Assembly: GCA_041497735.1 (NCBI GenBank)
Contig: JBGQHA010000002.1
Span: 1-33,222 of the forward strand
Direction of reading: 5' to 3'
Length of the DNA: 33,222 nucleotides
Source of the DNA: Dehalococcoidia bacterium
GTDB lineage: Bacteria; Chloroflexota; Dehalococcoidia; DSTF01; RBG-16-68-14
Of the stretch, positions 10,105 to 17,176 are shown in pieces. A program made the position numbers and the translations under genes. Numbering within the stretch: position 1 is the stretch's first letter; every line of letters starts with the position of its first letter. The notes beneath the pieces were generated by a model. That model was not told the origin of the DNA. It made no database searches and saw only the letters and a list, made by a program, of their open reading frames with translations.

Positions 10105-10519
10105 AACAATCAGGAGGTCGTCTGGCCCGCGGCCAGGATCACTGCCACCCAGCTATCAAGCGATCGGTTCATTGAGGCGCAAAGGAACGGTTAGCTTCCA
10201 CGGAGCGAGCGAGCGGTCAACCGCCCGTTGAGAGCGCCATGCTCGGATTCATGAGGAGAACCGCCGCTGCTGGCGGATCTTGAGGGGGATCGTCGTCCGT
10301 GCGTTCCACTAAGGGGAGTGTCACCTCTCGTTGCCTCCGGCCGTCAGCTTCGGAGGCTTATCGAATGGTAGCGGCGCTTCTCGAAGGCTGTCAAGCTACA
10401 CAACGTCGAATACGTATCGGCGTGAGGGCGGCGGCGGGTATAGGCATTCCACCGAAGCAAAATGCCCGTCCCGCGCCGATATATAGCTTTGGGTGTACCA
10501 GCAAGGAGCTTGAATTGGC

Positions 10520-11332
10520 GTGAACGGCGAATCAACAGGTCTGATATCTATCCAAGGGCTACGCCGGATCCGGATGTCAGGCCCCGCGGGCGTCTTGGCA
10601 CTCTACTCGGCAGGTCTGGCTCTCCACACCTTCTTGCGGGGAGAAGCAGATGACCTGGGGGGACGAGCTGTCTCCGCCGGCGGAGCGGACCGCCTTCTGT
10701 TCCACGGCGTTCCGCCCGTTTGGCTTCAGCGCTGGACGCCGGATCTCGCTGCCATTAGGTGGCTGGCAGTCGGTCTCCACGCTTCGTACTTCGTAGTTCC
10801 CCTTCTTCTCATGTTCCTCGTGTATAAGCGGATGGGCGCGCGAGCCGCGTTTGAAGTGGTACTTCTACAGCTCCTCATGTTCTATGCGGCCGACCTCATC
10901 TACGCCATCTGTCCGACGCGGCCGCCTTGGATGGATTACGATGTGACGCGCTTCATTGCTAACGCATACGGACACGGAGCGGCCCTAGACGACAACACCG
11001 TGGCGTCCGCGCCGAGTCTGCACGTTGCATTGCCAGTCTTGTTCGCGTTCTGGTCCGCGCGACAGCAGGACGGCGCCCTACGAAGACTGTCGTTACCTCT
11101 TGTCTTATGGGCGCTTGCAGTCGCCTGGGCTGTGGTCTATGGCGGCGAACACTTCGTCACGGGTGCGATCGCCGGCGCGCTTCTAGCCGTCACCGTATAC
11201 GGCGCGTTCAGCATTGCCCGGAGCAGGATCTTGGAACGAGCCGTCCGGCAGGCGCCGGCTACAGCACCATTACTTGTTCCTCCCGGCCATCTCCCTCCCT
11301 CGATAGGAAGAGTCATCGAGGCCGAAAAGTAG
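10520..11332 (+). CDS. PAP2-superfamily-like integral membrane protein (tentative)
   Basis: 270 aa with a GTG start and AAGGAG 11 nt upstream. Multi-TM. Motif-like elements appear in the right order: CPTRPPW (RP), SAPSLH (PSGH-like) and GGEHFVTGAIAG (H of the third motif, but the expected Asp is not evident). An alternative ATG start is at 10574. Confidence 0.5.
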   Translation: MNGESTGLISIQGLRRIRMSGPAGVLALYSAGLALHTFLRGEADDLGGRAVSAGGADRLLFHGVPPVWLQRWTPDLAAIRWLAVGLHASYFVVPLLLMFLVYKRMGARAAFEVVLLQLLMFYAADLIYAICPTRPPWMDYDVTRFIANAYGHGAALDDNTVASAPSLHVALPVLFAFWSARQQDGALRRLSLPLVLWALAVAWAVVYGGEHFVTGAIAGALLAVTVYGAFSIARSRILERAVRQAPATAPLLVPPGHLPPSIGRVIEAEK

Positions 11333-11368
11333 CCGGCGCACTCGACCGTTGCCTTCAAGCGCCCTACC

Positions 11369-11782
11369 ATGCGGAGCGTGGCTCGCGTCTTAGGACTCGA
11401 TGTGGGCGAACGGCGAATCGGGCTGGCTATCTCCACCCCCGAGGGGCGCCTCGCCGTGCCCCTCCGGGTGCTCGAGCGCAAGAACGAAGCCTCCGATCTT
11501 GAGGTGATCGCGTCGCTGGCGAAAACGGAAGCCGTCGAGGCGCTCGTCATCGGCCATCCGCGATCGCTCGATGGCTCGGTCGGCCCGCAGGCGCGCCGGG
11601 TAGAGGCGTTTGCCCGCCGGCTCGGCGAAGCCACCGGCCTGCGAGTCGAGCTCTGGGACGAACGGCTGACGTCGGTGCAGGCGGAGCGCTCGGCGCGCGC
11701 GGGCGGCCGGCGCGGCCCTTCCGATGACATCGCGGCTGCGATCATTTTGCAGACGTACCTCGATCGACAGCAACACGAATGA
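11369..11782 (+). CDS. ruvX: Putative pre-16S rRNA nuclease / Holliday junction resolvase-like protein RuvX (YqgF)
   Basis: 137 aa. Motifs VLGLDVGERRIGLAIS, EALVIGHPRSLDGSVGPQA and WDERLTS, with AAAIILQTYLD at the C-terminus. Confidence 0.92.
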   Translation: MRSVARVLGLDVGERRIGLAISTPEGRLAVPLRVLERKNEASDLEVIASLAKTEAVEALVIGHPRSLDGSVGPQARRVEAFARRLGEATGLRVELWDERLTSVQAERSARAGGRRGPSDDIAAAIILQTYLDRQQHE

Positions 11783-12855
11783 GAGAGAACGGCGCCGTTC
11801 GCGCGCTTGTGCTGCTCGGGCTGGTTGTCGTGAGCGGGGCCTGCATCTGGCTGCTGCTCGGCACGCCGGGCAGCCTGGTGAACGGCCAGCCTCCGCGGCT
11901 CGGGCCCAAGCCGCAGAACGAGACCGTGGTCGTGCACATCGATAGCGGCGACAGCGCCGCCGCGATCGCGAACAAGCTGCAGCAGAGCGGCGTCATCGAG
12001 AGCGCGCGGCTGTTTCGTGTCCTGGTGTCTCTCATGGGCACCGGCGACAAGCTGGAGGCCGGCGATTACGAGTTCGCCAAAGGCGAGAGCGCCTCCCTCG
12101 CCGCGCAGCGCATCAGCCAGGGCCTCACCTCATCGCGCACGGTCACGATCCCGGAAGGTCTGCGCTCGCAGGAGATCGGCGCGCTGCTTGCGCGCGACGG
12201 CGCCGCGTCCGCGCAGGACTTCCAGAACGCGCTCTCAGATAGCTACGACGCGTCATTTTTGGCTGCGCTGCCGCCGGGCGCCGGGCTAGAAGGCTTCCTC
12301 TTTCCCGCGACGTACGGCGCTCCCCAGCAGATCAGCGCTCACGACATGGCCAAGCAGATGCTCGCGGCCTTCGACGAGCGCTACACGTCGGACGCCCAGC
12401 CCCTGCTCGCCGGCTCCAAGCTCTCGCTGTTCGAAGCCGTGACGCTGGCATCGATCGTCGAGCGCGAAGCGCAGAAGCCGGAGGAACGCCCAATTATCGC
12501 CAGCGTGTTCCTCAACCGCCTCGCCGCTGGCATACCGCTCCAGGCCGACCCCACGGTGCAGTTCGCGCTCGGCAGCGACCCGGCCAGCGTGGCCCAGTAC
12601 GGCTACTGGAAGCGCGATCTCACGCTGAATGACCTGGCCATCGACTCTCCGTATAATACGTACATCAATCCAGGGCTGCCGCCGGGGCCGATCTCGAATC
12701 CCGGACTCGATTCGATCCTGGCGGTGCTGCAGCCGGCGCAGACGGACTACCTGTACTTCGTCGCGCGGCCGGATGGCAGCCATGCATTCGCCGCGACGCT
12801 AGAGGAGCACCAACGGAACGTGTGCAACATCGATCCGAGCCGGCCGGAGTGTTAG
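11779..12855 (+). CDS. mltG: Endolytic murein transglycosylase MltG (YceG-like)
   Basis: 358 aa. N-terminal TM anchor and a YceG core (VTIPEGLRSQEI, LEGFLFPATY, TLASIVEREA, VFLNRL..GIPLQADPTVQ, SPYNTYINPGLPPGPISNPG). Its ATG overlaps the ruvX stop (ATGA). Confidence 0.92.
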   Translation: MRENGAVRALVLLGLVVVSGACIWLLLGTPGSLVNGQPPRLGPKPQNETVVVHIDSGDSAAAIANKLQQSGVIESARLFRVLVSLMGTGDKLEAGDYEFAKGESASLAAQRISQGLTSSRTVTIPEGLRSQEIGALLARDGAASAQDFQNALSDSYDASFLAALPPGAGLEGFLFPATYGAPQQISAHDMAKQMLAAFDERYTSDAQPLLAGSKLSLFEAVTLASIVEREAQKPEERPIIASVFLNRLAAGIPLQADPTVQFALGSDPASVAQYGYWKRDLTLNDLAIDSPYNTYINPGLPPGPISNPGLDSILAVLQPAQTDYLYFVARPDGSHAFAATLEEHQRNVCNIDPSRPEC

Positions 12856-12859
12856 CGAG

Positions 12860-13726
12860 ATGAAGAAGGCAGGCGTCATCGGCTACCCGCTGGGCCATTC
12901 GCTCAGCCCGGTGATCTTCCAGGCCGCCTTCGACGCGGCCGGCATCGACGCGCAGTATGACAAGTGGGAGACGGAGCCGGAGCAGCTCGAGGGGCGCTTG
13001 AACGCGCTGCGCGGCGACGGCTACTTCGGCGCGAACGTCACGATTCCGCACAAAGAGACCGTCGTGCCATATCTTGATCAGCTGGACGAGACGGCCCAGC
13101 TCCTCGGCGCCGTGAACACCATCGTCGCTGCGGATGGCCAGCTCACCGGCTACAACACCGACGTGGCCGGCTTCGAGCGCGCGCTGCGTGAGGACGCCGG
13201 CTTCGACCCGAAGGGCAAGCGCATCGCGATCCTCGGCGCGGGCGGCGCGGCGCGTGCGGTCGCGCTCGTGCTCGTGCGCGGCGGCGCATCGTACGTGATG
13301 CTCACCGGCCGCACGCCGAAGCGCCTCGACAAGGTAGTCGTCGGTCTGCGCAAGGTGGAGGGCACCGGCACGACGATCACGTGGACGCACTGGGGCGACG
13401 GCGTCTTCATGACGTTCCTTCCAGCCTGCGATCTGCTCGTGAACTGCACGCCCGTCGGGACGAAGACGAGCGACTCGGACGGGAAGAGCCCGCTCGATGC
13501 GCAGTGGCTGCCGTCGAGCGGCGCCGTCTTCGACCTGCTGTACAACCCGCCCGAGACGCCGCTGCTGCGCGCCGCGCGCGAGCGCGGGCTGAAGACGTTC
13601 TCCGGGCTCGGCATGCTGGTCTACCAGGCAGCGGAGTCGTTCCGGCTCTGGACCGGCCAGGACGCGCCCGTCGATCGCATGCTGGAGGCCAGCCGCGCCG
13701 CGCTGGCGGCGGGAGCGGCAAAGTGA
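12860..13726 (+). CDS. aroE: Shikimate dehydrogenase
   Basis: 288 aa. Motifs GYPLGHSLSPVIFQAAF, GANVTIPHKE, GAVNTIV, GYNTDVAGF and ILGAGGAARAV. Confidence 0.93.
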   Translation: MKKAGVIGYPLGHSLSPVIFQAAFDAAGIDAQYDKWETEPEQLEGRLNALRGDGYFGANVTIPHKETVVPYLDQLDETAQLLGAVNTIVAADGQLTGYNTDVAGFERALREDAGFDPKGKRIAILGAGGAARAVALVLVRGGASYVMLTGRTPKRLDKVVVGLRKVEGTGTTITWTHWGDGVFMTFLPACDLLVNCTPVGTKTSDSDGKSPLDAQWLPSSGAVFDLLYNPPETPLLRAARERGLKTFSGLGMLVYQAAESFRLWTGQDAPVDRMLEASRAALAAGAAK

Positions 13727-14292
13727 TCGGGCGTGAACTTGCCGTTGGAACGGCGGCGATGCTCGCACTGGCACTCGCCCACACTGGTACCGTTCGAGCT
13801 GGTGATCCAGATCCCGGCCCGCTGCACCTACACTGGCAAGATCAAACACTCGCCTGGACAGATGTCGAAGGCGAAGTGTCCTACCACATCGACGTCACGA
13901 TCACGTACTGGCCCTTGCCATCATGCCCAGGACCGGGAGCGACCGGCACCGGGCCGGACGCTCAGACCTTACACGGCTCAGAAGATCTACCTGCAAACAC
14001 AACGAGTTACGCGTATCCGCAACCGACCGACTCGCGTCTGACATTCAAGAAGGAGAGCACAGTTCGTCTCACGGCATTGGACGCGGCTGGTCAGACTGTC
14101 GCGAGCGCAGGCTGGGGGGCTGTTGCCGATCCAGAGTGTCCAGACGAAGTCTCTCCTGCAACTCTTGCAAGTGCGGGCAGCGCGCCGGGCAACTCCGAAC
14201 GAAATGTGGCTCAGGCCATCTTGATCACACTAGCTGCCGGTGGACTCCTGTGCACAGGTGGAGCCTTCGTCATAGGAAGAAGCCTACGCTGA
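13723..14292 (+). CDS. Hypothetical exported protein with a C-terminal TM anchor
   Basis: I trimmed track ORF 13381..14292 to the in-frame GTG at 13723, which overlaps the aroE stop (GTGA). The 189-aa product has a signal-peptide-like N-terminus (VIGRELAVGTAAMLALALA) and a C-terminal hydrophobic helix with a basic tail (AILITLAAGGLLCTGGAFVIGRSLR). GC is lower than the flanks (line 13981-14040 = 33/60). I recognise no domain. Confidence 0.5.
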   Translation: MIGRELAVGTAAMLALALAHTGTVRAGDPDPGPLHLHWQDQTLAWTDVEGEVSYHIDVTITYWPLPSCPGPGATGTGPDAQTLHGSEDLPANTTSYAYPQPTDSRLTFKKESTVRLTALDAAGQTVASAGWGAVADPECPDEVSPATLASAGSAPGNSERNVAQAILITLAAGGLLCTGGAFVIGRSLR

Positions 14293-14960
14293 TGGCCTGG
14301 GGACTGGGCGTCGGTATCCTCATGATCGCGATGATGTTCGCGTTCTTCGGCATCGTCATCTTCAAGGAGACGCGCACGCATCGCTTCTGGCAGCGCAAGG
14401 TCGAGGAGGGCGACCTCGACATGATCACGCAGCTCGTGCAGGAGGAAGTCTCCCACTGGCGTACCGAACGCCCACCCAAGGGCATGCCTGCGAGCGTCTG
14501 GCAGGGTATTCAGGGTGTGGAGGTGATCGAGATCCAGCCGGACGAGATCCACGTCTCGACAACCGCCGAGCCGCAGTTCGCGCTCGTGAGCGGCTCGCGC
14601 CGCCAAGTGACCAGCGCGCTCGACGAAGCGAAGCGCGTCATCGCTAAGCTCGCGGAGCGCCTCTTCTACGACATCCCTCACGTCCGGCCCGCGCGCGTCC
14701 AGATCGATTGCTACACGACCTTCCAGGAGCCCAATGGCCAGGTGACGCAGCGCTGCATCCTCAGCGCGCTCGCCGATCGCGCGGAAGCGGCTGAGGTCGA
14801 TTGGGACAACGACGCGCCTGAGGTCATCGCGGAGCGCCTGGGTGCGCTTTACGAGCTGGACAGCCGCGGCGTCGCCTTGCCCATCGATCCGGCGCGGCAC
14901 GCTGCCTGGACCACTCCGAACGGCGTTAACGGCTCGCCGCGCCCTCCGGAGACGCTCTGA
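14292..14960 (+). CDS. Hypothetical N-terminally membrane-anchored protein
   Basis: I trimmed track ORF 13923..14960 to the ATG at 14292, which shares one base with the upstream stop (TGATG). The 222-aa product has an N-terminal TM helix (GLGVGILMIAMMFAFFGIVIF) followed by a soluble roughly 190-aa domain without recognisable motifs. Its stop overlaps the aroC ATG (TGATG). Confidence 0.55.
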   Translation: MAWGLGVGILMIAMMFAFFGIVIFKETRTHRFWQRKVEEGDLDMITQLVQEEVSHWRTERPPKGMPASVWQGIQGVEVIEIQPDEIHVSTTAEPQFALVSGSRRQVTSALDEAKRVIAKLAERLFYDIPHVRPARVQIDCYTTFQEPNGQVTQRCILSALADRAEAAEVDWDNDAPEVIAERLGALYELDSRGVALPIDPARHAAWTTPNGVNGSPRPPETL

Positions 14961-16168
14961 TGCCGGCGCTGCGCTGGCTCACAGCGGGCGAGTCACACGG
15001 CAAGGGCCTCACCGTCATCATCGATGGCATGCCCGCCGGCCTGCCGCTCGCGCAGGACTACATCACCCGCGACCTGCGCCGCCGCCAGGGCGGCTACGGC
15101 CGCGGACGACGCCAGAAGATCGAGACCGATACGGCTGAGATCCGCTCCGGCGTGCGGCACGGGCTCACCCTCGGCAGCCCGATCGCGGTGCTCATCGAGA
15201 ACAAGGACTGGGTGAACTGGCAGGACAAGATGGCCGTCGAGGAGATCGACGGTCCAGTCGAAAAAGTGACCCGCCTGCGCCCCGGCCACGCTGATCTCGC
15301 CGGCGTGATGAAGTACGGCTTCGACGACGTGCGGCCCATCCTCGAGCGCGCCAGCGCGCGTGAGACGGCGGCCCGCGTCGCGGTGGGCGCCGTTGCGCGC
15401 CGCCTGCTCGACGAGCTCGGCGTCGCGGTCCACAGCCAGACCATCGCGATCGATGGCGTCGAGGCGCAGGTCGACGGCGAGCCCGACTGGGACGCGATCG
15501 AGGAGTCGCCCGTGCGCTGCGCCGACCCGGATGCGGAGCAGCGCATGATCGCCGCCATCGATGCCGCGCGAGAGGCCGGCGATAGCCTCGGCGGAATCGT
15601 CGAGGTGCGCGCCGCCAACGTCCCGATCGGCCTCGGCAGCCACGTGCACTGGGACCGCAAGATCGACGCGCGCATCGCCCAGGCGATGATGAGCATCAAC
15701 GCCGTGAAGGGCGTCGAGATCGGCATCGGCTTTCGCGGCGCCGTCCTGCGCGGCTCGCAGGTGCACGACGTGATCCTCCCCATCGACCGCTGGGCCGAGC
15801 GCCCCTGGCAGCGCGAGACGAACCGCCTCGGTGGCACGGAGGGCGGCATGACGAACGGCGAAGAGGTCGTCGTGCGCGTGGCGCTCAAGCCGATCGCGAC
15901 ACTGCCACGTTCGCTGCCGTCCGCGGACCTGCGTACGGGCGAGGAGATCCCGGCGCACTACGAGCGCAGCGATGTCGCCGTTGTGCCCGCCGCGGGCGTG
16001 ATCGGCGAAGCGATGCTGGCGATCGTGCTGGCGGAGGCCGCGCTCGACAAGTTCGGCGGCGATCACATCAACGAGACGCTGCGCAACTTCCGCTCTTACG
16101 TGAAGACGCTCACGCCTCGCGGCGGCGAAGCGCTCCCCCCTCCCGACGAAGAGACGACGGAGGTCTAG
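14960..16168 (+). CDS. aroC: Chorismate synthase
   Basis: 402 aa. Motifs LTAGESHGKGL, RRQGGYGRGRRQKIE, RPGHADL, SARETAARVA and GGTEGGMTNGE. Confidence 0.96.
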   Translation: MPALRWLTAGESHGKGLTVIIDGMPAGLPLAQDYITRDLRRRQGGYGRGRRQKIETDTAEIRSGVRHGLTLGSPIAVLIENKDWVNWQDKMAVEEIDGPVEKVTRLRPGHADLAGVMKYGFDDVRPILERASARETAARVAVGAVARRLLDELGVAVHSQTIAIDGVEAQVDGEPDWDAIEESPVRCADPDAEQRMIAAIDAAREAGDSLGGIVEVRAANVPIGLGSHVHWDRKIDARIAQAMMSINAVKGVEIGIGFRGAVLRGSQVHDVILPIDRWAERPWQRETNRLGGTEGGMTNGEEVVVRVALKPIATLPRSLPSADLRTGEEIPAHYERSDVAVVPAAGVIGEAMLAIVLAEAALDKFGGDHINETLRNFRSYVKTLTPRGGEALPPPDEETTEV

Positions 16169-16177
16169 GAGAGCGAC

Positions 16178-16417
16178 GTGACAACCAAGCCAACGCGCAA
16201 GAGACGACCGCCACAATTGCGAGACCCCAAGCTTTCCTCCTTGATGAAGGGTGATATAGGCGATCCCATCCGCCTGACAAAGGCCGAAGCAATTGCCATC
16301 GCCGAGGCCGCCTTCGGCGCGAGATCAGATCTGCCCACTGGCGTGGAGTACGTCCGGCGCATGAGGCGCATCTGGCGAGGACTTCTGACGGAGCAGCGTG
16401 GCCGACGCGCTAATTGA
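16178..16417 (+). CDS. Putative antitoxin-like small protein (VapB-position partner of the PIN gene)
   Basis: 79 aa with a GTG start and AGGAG 5 nt upstream. It overlaps the PIN reading frame by 20 nt. The C-terminal tail AFGARSDLPTGVEYVRRMRRIW resembles tails I recall from VapB/MazE-type antitoxins. I do not see a clear DNA-binding fold motif. Low GC (line 16201-16260 = 32/60). Confidence 0.4.
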   Translation: MTTKPTRKRRPPQLRDPKLSSLMKGDIGDPIRLTKAEAIAIAEAAFGARSDLPTGVEYVRRMRRIWRGLLTEQRGRRAN

Positions 16418-16716
16418 CACAACGTTCTTCATAGACTACCGGCGTGGTGACGCGGGTGCTCGTGCGCTTTGGCATGAAATTCGCGACGGAAGAAGTGGCG
16501 TATCGAGCGATGCTTACACTCGTCGAGGAAGCCCCATTGTCGGGTGAGGCAGGTGAACTAGCAGCACTATGGCTCCGTGCACTGCCCACCCGCTCGAGTG
16601 AGGCCATCGTCCGAGACGCGTTCATCGCCGCCACGGCGAGTCTCCGCAATGAGACGATCTATACACGGAACGTGCGCGACTTTCGACGACTGTACGATGA
16701 TGTCACAACGTATTGA
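16398..16716 (+). pseudogene. PIN-domain (VapC-like) toxin gene split by a 1-nt frameshift
   Basis: From GTG 16398, one frame reads VADALIDTTFFIDYRRGDAGARALWHEIRDG, a typical PIN beta1 with the first acidic residue, then runs into a stop at 16545-16547. The +1 frame (track ORF 16444..16716) carries the remainder: ..EEVAYRAMLTLVEEA..DAFIAATASLRNETIYTRNVRDFRRL. Skipping a single nt near 16488 joins the two frames. The joined product is only about 106 aa, short for a PIN domain. Confidence 0.55.
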
Positions 16717-17176
16717 GACATACGAAGTGCGCCGGGACGGCTACCTGGTGAGCACCGACCGGTCGCTGCTCGATCTCGACGCCGTGCACGCGTTCCTGTC
16801 GAAGAGGAGCTACTGGGCGGCGGGCATCTCGCGCGAGCGGCTGGAGACGGCCGTCGCGAGCTCGCTGCCGTTCGGCGCGTACCGCGACGGGCGGCAGGTC
16901 GGCTTCGCGCGCGCGATCACCGACTATGCGACGTTCGCTTACCTTGCCGACGTCTACGTCGACGAGGCGCATCGCGGCCGCGGCGTCTCGAAGCTGCTGA
17001 TGGAGGCGCTGCTCGCCCACCCGCGGCTACAGGCGTTGCGCCGCTGGATGCTGGGCACGCGCGACGCGCACGGGCTCTACGCGCAGTTTGGCTTCGTTTC
17101 GCTCGAAGATCCGTCGCGCTGGATGGAGCTCCCCTACCCAGACACGTACACGAAGGCCGCGGCGTCGCATGGCTAG
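16697..17176 (+). CDS. GNAT family N-acetyltransferase
   Basis: I trimmed track ORF 16577..17176 to the ATG at 16697, giving 159 aa. Acetyl-CoA binding core VDEAHRGRGVSKLLMEALL (the Q/RxxGxG/A-type motif) and DAHGLYAQFGF. Overlaps the aroK::aroB start by 8 nt. Confidence 0.85.
   Translation: MMSQRIETYEVRRDGYLVSTDRSLLDLDAVHAFLSKRSYWAAGISRERLETAVASSLPFGAYRDGRQVGFARAITDYATFAYLADVYVDEAHRGRGVSKLLMEALLAHPRLQALRRWMLGTRDAHGLYAQFGFVSLEDPSRWMELPYPDTYTKAAASHG

Larger units (their letters stand above)
6949..10485. mobile_element. Putative horizontally acquired low-GC islet bounded by the direct repeat CGATATATA; no recombinase inside
   Basis: GC is about 50% inside (line 7141-7200 = 30/60) against about 65-68% in the flanks. 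The exact 9-mer CGATATATA occurs at 6949-6957 and 10477-10485. Contains three co-oriented genes plus 415 nt of noncoding DNA. Confidence 0.35.

Noticed and set aside
13723-13800. LAHTG in the N-terminus of the 189-aa exported protein as a class E sortase (LAxTG) sorting signal.
   Set aside because: The motif lies inside the predicted N-terminal signal peptide. It is not upstream of the C-terminal TM helix and basic tail, where a sorting signal must be. It is probably coincidental.
16697-17176. GNAT gene as a TacT/AtaT-type acetyltransferase toxin, given the adjacent toxin-antitoxin-like genes.
   Set aside because: It has native GC, no RHH/DUF1778-type antitoxin immediately upstream, and its stop/start overlap ties it to aroK::aroB. 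The sequence looks like a common small housekeeping GNAT. A profile search would be needed to exclude the toxin idea fully.
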